DNA of 63,950 nt, counting the filler, from Welwitschia mirabilis (lineage: Eukaryota): assembly GCA_051453625.1 (NCBI GenBank). It is 4 parts of one record of this genome, joined end to end, with 100 filler letters (N's around TTAATTAATTAA, not from the genome) between each part and the next. Parts side by side here need not be neighbours in the genome. Positions count along the whole stretch, not along the records: positions 52,870 to 57,763 come from JBOZIK010000001.1; positions 57,864 to 63,950 come from JBOZIK010000001.1; 2 more parts are not named here. One strand, given 5' to 3'. The notes below the pieces were generated by a model, which did no database searches, had not been told where the DNA came from, and saw only the letters and a program-made list of their open reading frames with translations. Below are positions 52,870 through 63,950 of the stretch, piece after piece (positions within the stretch are counted from its first letter, which is position 1; every line of letters begins with the position of its first letter). The position numbers and the translations under genes are program-made.

Positions 52870-55800
52870 CTGAGAGATTCTTAAATGCAGTTCATGAATT
52901 GCTAGTAAACTGGATTGTTGAGGGAAAAAAATACCAGATTAAACTTGATTTCTTCCCTTACTGTGAATGTATACGATAAGAAAGAAAATAGGAAATAAGT
53001 GAACGTTTTAGAGAGCCTGCAATTTTGAGGTAAAGCTTCTACCAGAGAAAACGAAAAAACAAAGGGCTATAACAGACATACTAACTCATTGAACATAGGT
53101 TGTCATTTTTTTAAAATAAAAAATTTGAATTGTAATTTTTGCTTGTTTTTGCGTAACATTTTACCAGATGGTAAATGTTTATAACATCCCAGATGGTAAA
53201 TGTTTATAAATTACATCCCAGTAATAATTTATTTGCATAAATTATGGTGCCCTTAGTGGCTCTATCAATTTGTTCCTCAAACTCTCCCTTGACATTAAGG
53301 GCACCAAATTCAGGTAGCAAAGCACATCAATCACAAAGAACAACAATTCAAGCAGAAAAATGGAAATCACACCCATACAAAAGAATACATAGCAAACAAG
53401 AATTATAAGTGGTTAATGGCATTTTTGTAGTTGAGGTAGCCTCAGGCTTTCATGTGTGTTTTGCCCTTGTGTCTCTCCCTTGACCTTAATGTCAAGGATC
53501 ATTTGTCTTTCCCTCAAATTTTGAAATCGCATTATGTAGAGCGTTTGTGAAAAAATCAGCAAGCTGCAACATGGAGGGGCAATGATCAAGGATAATAAGC
53601 TGATCTTCAACCAAATTTTGAATGGAATAGGATTTTATATCAGTGGGCTTTGTCTTTGCATGCATTACAGGATTCTTAGAAATTGCAATAGTAGAAGCAT
53701 TATCACATAATAGATGTATGGGATTATCAACAGGAATAATCTTCAAAGAACTTGTCAAGCCATACCACTTCTTGGCTTGCTAAATGAATTGCCATATACT
53801 CAGCTTCGGCAGTAGAAAGAGCCACACAAGATTGCTTTTTGCTTGCCCAAGAAAAAAGGCTTCCACCAAGAAGCATTGCATATCCTTTTGTGCTCTTTCG
53901 ACCATCAAGATTGCTTGCCCACTCTGCATCCACCTAAAGCACAAGTTGGGTGTTGTTAGCCTCATAACACAAACCAAAGTATAATGTGCCTTCAACATAA
54001 TTTAATATTCTTTTAACAAAATCAAGATGGGGCTTACTTGGACAAGTCATAAATTTAGACATCGAGCTAACTACATATTGAATGTTAGCACGAACTACAG
54101 TTAGTTACATCATGCTTCCTATCATAGATCTATAGATGTGTTCATCAACCTCATCTCCCTTCATGTCTCTTTTGATTTTGTGATTGGTTGGTAAGGGAGT
54201 GGAGATGGGTTTGCATTCTCGCATATCAAACTTTTTCAACATATCAAAAGCATGTTTACCCTAATTCAAGAATATGCCTCTTGAGGTTTGCTAAATTTGG
54301 ATCCTAGGATAGTACGAGAGTTGCCCAAGATCTATCATTTCAAATTCTCTTTTCATGTCAACTTTAAATTTGTCAATTAAATTCTTGTCTGTGCCACCAA
54401 AGATTATATCATCAACATAGATCAAGACAAAAGTCGAATTACTTTGGTGGTTTTCTTATATAAAGTGTTTTCAGAATGACATTTCTTGTAACCATGATTT
54501 CCTAAATAAGAATGAAGTTTAGAAAACAAAGTCCTTGGGGCTTGTTTCAAACCATAGAAAGCCTTTTTCAATAAGTAAAGATGACTTTCCACACCTTGTT
54601 TTACAAAACTTTGGGGTTGTGAGATGTACGCCTCTTCTTCAAGAACCCCATTTAGGAAGGTAGATTTAACATTCATCTGCCAAATAGTCATGTGATTTTT
54701 GAAAGCATATGCAAGAAAGACTCACTAATTCAAGGCATGCAACAGGAGCATATGTTTCACCATAATCTATGCCTGATTCTTGCACATAACCAAGAGCAAC
54801 ATGACGAGCCTTATACTTGTTAATCATATCATTAGATTTATATTTAGTTCTATTAATCCACTTGGTACCAATGATATTTTTATTTTCTAGCCTAGGAACA
54901 AGAATCCATGTCTTGTTCTTTTCAATTTGTGAAATTTCTTCCTCAATTACTTTCACCCAATGTGTTCTTGCTTTGAGGATTCACAACTTAATAGTAAATA
55001 ATCTTTCAAAATGTCATTGCATACCTTAGCTTCTATGATTGCACCAAGATTTTGCTATCTTCTTGTCCTTATAGGAGCATTAGCAAGAACTATGATGTTG
55101 GATTGATCATGATAAGATGTTGTCCTCTTATGTTTTGATTTATCATCAAGATTTTGATCTAGCAATTCAAATAGATTTCTAGAGTCATTTTCACTTTGAT
55201 CTTGTTCAGGAATGGACACTTGAGTTACACTAGAATTTGTGCCATCAACTGGAGTTTGTTCAGGTGCCCTTTCATCATCATCGTCTTTAGATTCATTGGA
55301 TTCAGCATCACAAGAGTTATGGACATTATCATTAGTAGTAGATACAAGATTTAATGATTCAAAAGGCATGAATTTAACATCAATGCATTCTAAAACGTTT
55401 CTTGAATTAGGATCATAACATCTATATGCTTTGCTTTGGGTAGAATATCCAAGAAATATGTATGGCCCAAATCTAGATTCCAATTTGTCTTGACTAGGTT
55501 TTGTATTTTTAACAAAACAATTAGATCCAAAAATTTGCAAATGTGACAAATTGAGTTTAATACCATACCACTGTTCATATAGGGTGGAATGATCAAGATG
55601 TCTCATGACCACGTGATTTTGGAGGTAGTTTGCAGTATTGATTGGTTCAGCACAAAAGGACTTATCAAGAGTTGTTCGAAGAAGCATGGTTCTTGCCATA
55701 TCCACCAAAGAGTGATTCTTTCTGCAACTCCATTTTGTTGTGGAGTGTAAGAAGTTGTGGTCTAATGGATAATCCCATTATCTTTTAAGTAAGCCTTAAA

Positions 55801-57763
55801 TTCATTAGACAGGTATTCACGTCCACGATCTGTTCTCAAGCATTTGATCTTTGCATTTGTTTCTCTTTTTGCCCATTTTTGAAAAACTTCAAAAGATTGC
55901 AAGTCTTGAGATTTATATTTTAGAAAATGAACATGGCATAATCTAGAAAAATCATCAATGAATGTAATAGAATACGTACAACCACTTAAGCTTGGAGAGC
56001 TGAATGGACCACAGATGTCTGAATGAATTAATGACGACTGCTGAGATGATCTAGTGCTAACTCTTGGAAAAGAGACTCTGGTTTGCTTCCCTTGCCTACG
56101 TTCCTTGCAAGAATCTATGGGTTGGATTTGGAGATTGGGCAAGACTCTTACAAGGTTATATTAGATCATTTCTTTCACATATTTTGCAGACATGTGGCCT
56201 ACTTTCCTATGCCACGTCCAGAATTCATCTATGCTAGAAACTAGGGCTTTTTGAAAGGTGATTTGATACAAGTTGTTTTCAATTTTGGGAACATCAAGCA
56301 CTTGTTTGTCCTTAGACAAAATACATGTATCATTTTTGAATTCAGCCTTAAATTCATTTCCACTGAGCTACCCTAAACTTATAAGATTGTAATGTGCATC
56401 TCGAACATAAAGGACATTACGAATTGCAAAATTCTCACCCTTGTGATTTTTGACCAACAAAGTACCACACACCTTGATTTCTTGGGAAGCACCACCACGA
56501 GAACCGACAACACCAAGATCTTCTACAAGAAACTCTTGAAAAAGTTCCTTTTGATAGGTAATGTGCTTGGAACAACCACTGTCGATGTACTGGGAGGTTG
56601 ATTTACTAATGGAGGAGATCAGGTTTAATTGGGTTTCTGCCATAAAGCCTCCTACTTCAACCTCATTTTCTTGAGTAGTTTCTATTTTTTCTTCAATCCT
56701 AGGTTGCTTGGAGGNNNNNNNNNNNNNNNNNNNNNNNNNNNNNNNNNNNNNNNNNNNNNNNNNNNNNNNNNNNNNNNNNNNNNNNNNNNNNNNNNNNNNN
56801 NNNNNNNNNNNNNNTTCAACCTCATTTTCTTGATTAGTTTCTATTTTTTCTTCAATCCTAGGTTGCTTGGAGGATGATGCTTGTCCTGCTATGTTGGCTC
56901 TATGGAAATTGCTTGCCCTTTTCTTCTTGCAATTTTTGATGAGATGGCCTCTCTTGTGGCAATAGTGGCATTCTCGAGTTTCTTTCCACTGGGATGAATT
57001 GTACTAGGAGTTTTCTCTACCATCTTCTTGTCCTCCACCTTGCTGTTGTCCTTTGCCTCTTCGTTGACCTCTACCTTTTCCTCTTCCATGGTAGTGGCCT
57101 AGGCACTTCCTTGAAGGGATCCTCTACCTTTACAAGGATAGGACGCTTTTAAGGCGGTAGGGTTCTCATCCTTATCTTCCTTAAGGGTATACTCATATTG
57201 TGCTAGCCTTCTAGAAAGTTCTTCAAGGGAGAGGTTCTCAAATCCATTATGTTGTGAAGGGTGATGGCAATGGGTTTGAACGACTTTATCAGGGATCTTA
57301 GAATCTTGAGGGCAACATCATTACTCTTGATTCAAAATCTAGGTCTTGCATTTTCTTAACTATGTCCTTAACTCTCTAGGTGTAGTCTTCCACATTCTCA
57401 TTATCTTTCATCTTCATGTTGTCAAACTGGGTTCTAAGGTTTTGTAATCTAATGGCTTTCACATTTTCATGGCCTTGGTAGACTTCATCCAACCCTCTTC
57501 ATAACCTATACATGGAGTCATATTTACTGGTTTTCTTAAGTTCATTGTCCAGCATACTATAATGTATTATGGCCATTGCCCTACAATGTTCTTTCCTACA
57601 TTCACCATAGTCTCTAGGATCATCCTTAGGGTTTTCATAAGTGAAATCAACTTTGATGTAATCCCAAAGTCCCTTCGATTTGAGGTAGATTTTCGTTCTC
57701 CTTTTCCAGACCTCAAATGCATCGACGTCAAACGGGGGAACTTTGCCCTTACCCATGGTTCAA
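52870..57763 (-). mobile_element. Ty1/copia element C (Ivana/Oryco-SIRE-like): gag-PR-INT-RT-RH, PPT, probable part of the 3' LTR
   Basis: gag ORF 57499..57756, knuckle CHYCHKRGHLIKNC, PR YIDSGCSKHI, INT 55055..56142, RT IYVDDII, RH CDNASTIAISKNPVMH, PPT GTCAAGGGAGAG at 53282-53293. Lineage call tentative. Confidence 0.88.
53492..57756 (-). pseudogene. pol: Copia gag-pol of element C, fragmented
   Basis: A series of ORF-track fragments covering all copia domains in order. Confidence 0.92.
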
Positions 57764-57863
57764 NNNNNNNNNNNNNNNNNNNNNNNNNNNNNNNNNNNNN
57801 NNNNNNNTTAATTAATTAANNNNNNNNNNNNNNNNNNNNNNNNNNNNNNNNNNNNNNNNNNNN
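57764..57863. other. Artificial scaffold linker N44-TTAATTAATTAA-N44
   Basis: 12-mer at 57808-57819. Confidence 0.95.
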
Positions 57864-59224
57864 TACCTCCTTTCTTCTGTTTACGCTTGTTTTTCAAGTT
57901 GTGGCAGTCCTTCCGTACATAAGCTTTCTTCTTGCAATGCCAACATTCAATGCTTCTGTTGACGGATTTTCCTCTACTTTTGCTTTGCCAATGTCCTTCT
58001 CCTCTGGTCTGAGAATGTCCCCTACGAATAGTGACGGCTTCTGCAACAGACTCAACAACCCTAGTCTTGTACGCATCTAGAAGCTCTGAAATTATAGTAT
58101 TCAAACGACACCCTCAGGTCGTCCAACTATATGAACAGGCCGTTCATCTCGTCCAGGTGTGCTTGCAATGACGCACCTACTTTCATCTTCATTTTGAAGA
58201 CCTTGTTAACAATACAAAATTGATTCATGCTAGTAGGCTGATCATACCTCTAGATCAAAATCTGCCATAGTTCGACTGTTGTAAAAATCTTGCTATGGGA
58301 TTGAAGAATCTCGTTGCCAAGGCATGGTCGTATCAATGAAAACGCCCTTCTATGAAGTTTCTTCCACTCTTCAAAAGGGTACTTCTTCAGCCCTTCTGTG
58401 TCAGAAAGTCCAGATGTTGCCTTTACATCTGCTTCCATCTTCAAGACAGCGTCACATTCCTTCTAGCAAAGGATGTCTTCCATCAGAATCTTCCATACGC
58501 CCCAGTTCTCAACTCTGATTAGTCGGTCGCTAGTCTATAAATGCTCCATCCTCCTTTAACTGTACGGCTATATGGAAGGATGCCAAACGCGTTGTACGGA
58601 CACGCAAAAAATTCATGCGCAGGCTTCGCTCCGCGGCCTGTCTCCGCTACGTTCTCGGTACTTCGCTCGCTCGCACCATTCACCCTGCTCCAACAATCCG
58701 CTCCGATTGCTTATCTATGCTCCACTCGTAGGGTTTACGAACACAAAGGTTATAGTCAAAGCATGTAAGCTCCAAAGCTAGTGCTCTGATACTAAGTATT
58801 ACGAAAATACACAATAGCAAAGCTAATAAACAATGTAGAAAGAGAACATGGAGACACAAGGATTTACGTGGAAAACCCCAATGAGGGGAAAAACCACAAG
58901 AAATTAGTGCAAAGGTCTATTATCTTCTTAAAGAGTACAAGCCAAAAACAAGCTTCAGGCAAGAATGCCTCACAGAACTCTATCGACTCTATCTTACAAA
59001 CAACCCTCACACCACCAATAAATAGGCCAAGGGTTACAACCAATTAGGGTTACACGCCAAAACCCTAGAAAGGGTACCATCCTTCTCTTAACACGTCCCA
59101 TCTCTACCTAACACCCCCCAAAGATAGTTTCATAATAGAAACCTCTGTTTACAATATTAAAGTGGGGCCAACATAAAAGATAACATTAGGGGCAATACAA
59201 TAAATTTGGCTTCACATATTAACA
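57864..59224 (-). mobile_element. Tork/Tnt1-like copia D1: 5' LTR (58797-59224), PBS, leader, gag remnant
   Basis: PBS complement GCTCTGATACTA at 58783-58794; LTR with TTTACGTGGAAAACCC...GGGGAAAAACCAC; gag knuckle CWHCKKKAYVRKDC. Confidence 0.85.
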
Positions 59225-60366
59225 CCCTCTCCATTAGATTGCTTTACCATGTAAATTTGTCAATGTTTCCTTCGTCGTTTCATTTCTAGTTCTATTGTTT
59301 TAGTTTTTCTATACAGATTTCAAAATATCTAATTGTTTTCATCTTTATTTCTTTGTCATTCAAGCTTTCACCAATTGCCAAGAGTCACTGATTAGCTAAT
59401 AGTTGATGACAGATCGGACAATGATGATAGGAAAACATATTAACCCATTAGTGGAATCTCAAGAAATGGGCCAAATGAGGACATTTCCCTTAAACATATG
59501 GAAATGATAGAGCCTATTTTGCTTAGGGAAATCTAGAAAGGTTGTAACAAAAACGTTATTTTTAGGGATCTATGTTCCCAAACCTAATTTTTAGAAGTAA
59601 CTAATTTTTAGAGATATCTTTCTATAGTTAGCTTTCATGACTCACAATAAACCAATGTCCTATACGGTAGATAGAACCTCACAAGAACATGAAGAGGGGA
59701 TATTACATGTTGGGTAACCTAACAATTACATTCTCGTTGAGTAAGAAGAAACAACCTTAAGTTGATACTTGTCCTAGAAGATTTCTTGTTAGCACTCCAA
59801 GAAGATCTAATATTGTTTCCAACATTCCATCAATGCTTCAATTATTAGATAGCAATTCAACTAAACAAAGTCCTTGGGCGATTCAACATTCTGAGCCCAT
59901 GGGAAGGAAGCATCTATTTTTGGTGCCAGAACAAGGGCATTTCCTTGCACCTGTAGTTTCATGGACAATAATGAGAATTGCAAGGTTCAGAGATTCTGAC
60001 AACCTCTTCTATGTGATAAAAAGATCATGTCTAGCTCTAGGATGAACACAAACTAAACCATTATTTCTATGGTCACTAGTAAGATTTTAAAAGAGGAAAC
60101 AATAGCTAAGGTTTCAATCTTTTAAAAACAACCTCATATCACACGTCAAGAAAACCTAATCAATGAGGCTTGTGTGTGAGGTCAAACAATGTATAAGAAA
60201 GAAAGGTTGAGAATTGTTTCAATGGTTGTATCTTTCACGAGTGGATATCTCTAATTTTTGCTTGTTTTAGGAATTATAAGATCAAACAATCTAAAGAAGG
60301 AAACTTTGGAGTTCTTTCCATGGTCGTATCTTACACAAGTGGCTATCTTTGATTTTTGCTTGTTTT

Positions 60367-63058
60367 TGTTACGAATCTTTACTAAAAATCAATTGCTAAA
60401 CAAAAGGAAACACCGAACACGAGAACAACACACACAGCTTTACGTGGAAAACCATTGCAAGAAAAACCATGATAAGTAGGCAAAACTCTTAATCTTATTC
60501 AAGAAGCGAAAAGAATCGCCGTACAAAATAAACCCCCAAGCATCCTGTAAATAGGCTTAGGTTTCAAGCCAAGCCAAGCCAATCTAGAAACTTCCTCCCC
60601 TTTTCTTGTATTTATTTAAATACCCCAAGGAGTTAAAACATAATCTCCTTTTACAATATTACAAAACATCAAAATATAAATAAGACAAATTTGCCTTCAC
60701 TTTTCTAACATTCTCCCACTTGAAGACAAATCTAGCAAGTCTTCAAGAACAGCTCCTTCTGAAACTCCAAGAGATGCCTACTTCCATGCTTCTAGATCAC
60801 CTCCCCAATCCAACTCCATTACAACATGCTTTTTGCTTTATGCTATCAACGGCCTTTGTTAGGAAATCAGCATGATTTGCATGCGCGTGAATCTTCCAAA
60901 CATCTAACAGGCCTTTCTTGATCTTGTGCTTGATGACATGCTATTTAACATCAATGTGCTTGGTTCTAACATGATAAACAGGATTCTTCACTAGATGTAT
61001 AGCACTTTGACTGTCATAGTGCAGGACAAGCTTCGTTTGACCAAGGCCCAACCAGCCAACAAAACCATGCTGCCACAACATCTTAGCAACTTCTGTCAAG
61101 GCAACATACTTAGCTTCCGTAGTGGAAATAGTAATATCAGATTGTAGAAGGAACATCCAGGTAACAGCTCCACCACCCAGAGTAAATACGTACCTGTAGT
61201 AGACCTTTTGGTATCCGTGCAACCAACATAATTAGCATCCACATACCATGTAATATGCAAATCAGTATTGCCAAAATACAAACTCATATGTTGGATTCCT
61301 TTTAAGTAACAAACAACCCATTTTACAGCTTACCCATGCTCTTTTCCAAGATCATTCATGAAACGTGAAACAACTTCCACTGCTTGAGCAATGTCTTTTT
61401 TGAAGTAAGACAACATTGATGAGTTAATTGGAAATCTGCAGCAGGAGTACAAACAGGTTTACAATCTACCATGTTAAAACGTTTCAAAACTTTGTCAATA
61501 AATTCAGGTTGACTTAACCACAACTTACGACGTGATCTATCTTTAACAATCCTCATTCCAAGGATTTGTTTTGCTAGTCCAAGATCTTTAGTGGCAAAAG
61601 TCTTAGACATTTCATGCTTCCATCTTTTGATTTCTTTCATGTTATTTCTAGCAACCAACATATCATCAACATACAACATAAGAATGATAATCATACCTGA
61701 AGCACTCATATGACAGTACACACAATGATCATAATCACATTTGGAGTATCCCTGTTTCTGCATAAAATCATCAAACTTCTTGTACCATTGACAAGGTGCT
61801 TGTTTCAAGCCATAAGAGACTTCCTCAACCTACAAACCAAGTTTCTATTTTCCACTTCCAAACCCTCTGGTGCATGCATATAAATTTCCTCTTCTACATC
61901 ACCATGCAAAAAAGTTGTTTTAACATCTAATTGCTACTCCAAATCTAAACAGGCAACCGTGCCAAACAAAATCCAAACAGACGTGTTTCACAACAGGTGA
62001 GAAAATTTCTGTAAAATCAATACCTGGTTTTTGGATGTATCCTTTCACCACTAACCATGCTTTGTAGCATTGTTCACCACTAGCCTCTTGTTTGATAACA
62101 TACACCCACCTAGATCTTAACAATCTTTTCCCTTTGGGTAAGGGAACCAAATCCCAAGTATGATTTTGTTCAAAGGATTTCATTTCTTCTTCCATGGCAG
62201 CTTTCCATTTATGAGATTCAGAAGAAGAAATAGCTTCTTTAAAGGATTTAGATTCTCTCTTATCTGTAAACAACACATGATGTAAAGACAGAGAATGCCT
62301 TTCAATTTGCTTGGTAACTCTGGTGGATCTACAAACTCCATGTGCTAGAGCTTGGGTTCCATCATCATCAGACCCAAATTTAGTTTCAGAACTTGAGCTT
62401 TCCTCTTTAGGCTAATTTAGTTTAGGCTAGTCATTTTTCCCATGTGTATTACGCTTTCTATCATCATCAACTTGTTCAGGCTTATATAGGGTGCGAGAAT
62501 CAGAACATTCCTTTTTCTAAATGCTCTCTTATGACCTATAAACCATCACATCTTCTTTAAATTCAATGTCACATGATCTGACAATATTATGCGCTATAGG
62601 ATACCAAAGCCTGTATCCAAAATCATCTCCCCCTCCCCCATAGCCAAGAAAAATACATTTCCTACCACATTCTTCCCATTTTCCTATACCCTGCAAAGGG
62701 ACATGCACCTCACATCCAAAAACACGCAGGTGAGACAAAGACAAGGAACTCCCACTCCAAACAGATTCTGGAATATCACCATCTAAGACTGGACGAGGAG
62801 AACAGTTGATCAAATAAGCAGTTGTTCTTGCAGTTTTTGCCCAAAACATCTTAAGTACACTAGATTGAGCAAACATGGATCTAATTTTGTCAAGAACTAT
62901 ACAATCATATCTTTCTGCAACACCATTATTTTGTTTTGTTCCTGGTAGTGTTTTGGTATGTATAATTTCAGCTTGTTTGCAAAATTCAAACAACTCATGG
63001 AAGGTGTATTCAATGCCATTATCAGTAACAAGACACTTTATTTTATAGCCAGATTCAT
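60367..63058 (-). mobile_element. Tork/Tnt1-like copia D2: INT-RT-RH, PPT, 3' LTR (60367-60710)
   Basis: LYVDDMLVA (ORF 61356..61808), DSQSAIHLVKNPVYHVRTKHIDV, PPT complement TTCTCCCACTTG at 60711-60722, LTR TGTTACG...CTAACA. Confidence 0.9.
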
Positions 63059-63158
63059 NNNNNNNNNNNNNNNNNNNNNNNNNNNNNNNNNNNNNNNNNN
63101 NNNNNNNNNNNNNNNNNNNNNNNNNNNNNNNNNNNNNNNNNNNNNNNNNNNNNNNNNN

Positions 63159-63950
63159 TTATTTCTAGCAAGCAGCAACCAACATATCATCAACATACAA
63201 CATAAGCATCACAATCATACCTGAAGCACTCATGTGAAAGTACACACAATGATCATAATCACGTACGGAGTATCATTGTTTCTGCATAAAATCATCAAAC
63301 TTCTTGTACCATTGATGAGGTGCTTCTTTCAAGCCATAAAGAGACTTCCTTAACCTGCAAACCAGATTTCTACTTTCCACTTCCAAACCACCTAGTACGT
63401 GCATATAAATTCCTTTTTCTAGATCACCATGCAGAAAAGTTGTTTTAATGTCTAATTGCTTTAACTCCAAATCCAAAGAAACAACCATGCCAAACAAAAT
63501 CTAAATAGACGTGTGTTTCATAACAGATGAGAAAATTTCTGTAAAATCAATACCTAGTTTTTGGTTGTATCCTTTCACCACCAACCGTGCTTTGTAGCGT
63601 TGTTCACCATTAACCTCTTGTTTGATAACATACACCCACCTAAATCTCAACAATCTTTTCCCTTTAGGTAAGGGAACCAAATCCCAAGCATGATTCTGTT
63701 CAAGGAATTTAATTTCTTCTTCCATGTTAGCTTTTCATTTATGAGATTCAAAAAAAGAAATAGCTTCTTCAAAGGATTCATGTTCTCCCTTATCTACAAA
63801 CAACACATAATGAAAAGACGGAGAATACCTTTCAATTTGCTTGGTAACTCTGGTGGATCTACGAACCCAATGTGTTGGAGTTTGTGTTTCATCATCATCG
63901 GACTCAGATATAGTTTCAGAACTTGAGCTTTCCTCTTCAGGTTGGTTTCA
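63159..63950 (-). mobile_element. pol: Second, diverged RT segment of the D2 family (D3)
   Basis: ORFs 63273..63497 and 63501..63725 (QLDIKTTFLHG, LYGLKEAP); colinear with, but not identical to, 61640-62420. Confidence 0.88.

Noticed and set aside
53164..53209. 21-bp direct repeat CCAGATGGTAAATGTTTATAA
   Set aside because: Simple local duplication in probable LTR sequence; no further support for function.
58797..60710. D1 and D2 LTRs as the two ends of a small TRIM-like element
   Set aside because: PBS and PPT lie outside the pair, not inside. The LTRs differ in length and sequence and belong to separate elements.

Overview
This window is plant (angiosperm-type) repeat-rich DNA made almost entirely of old, nested, stop- and frameshift-ridden LTR retrotransposons. 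I found no intact host gene or RNA gene. Three identical artificial 100-bp spacers (N44-TTAATTAATTAA-N44) split it into four unrelated scaffolds: A 1-26632, B 26733-52769, C 52870-57763 and D 57864-63950. A and B hold nested Athila-type Ty3/gypsy elements, several with env-like extra ORFs, Sirevirus (SIRE) Ty1/copia elements and a Tekay-like LTR with internal tandem repeats. C is a Copia body and D has Tork/Tnt1-like Copia pieces. Three observations stand out. (1) A ~150-nt non-coding block lies downstream of integrase in four Athila copies and folds into the same three stem-loops with pair-preserving substitutions, making it a candidate cis-acting RNA element. (2) A complete, TSD-flanked Sirevirus derivative keeps gag, protease and the env-like ORF but lacks INT/RT/RNase H. 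(3) The env-like ORFs of the gypsy and copia elements share motifs. All alignments, translations and folds were done by eye, and domain boundaries are approximate.
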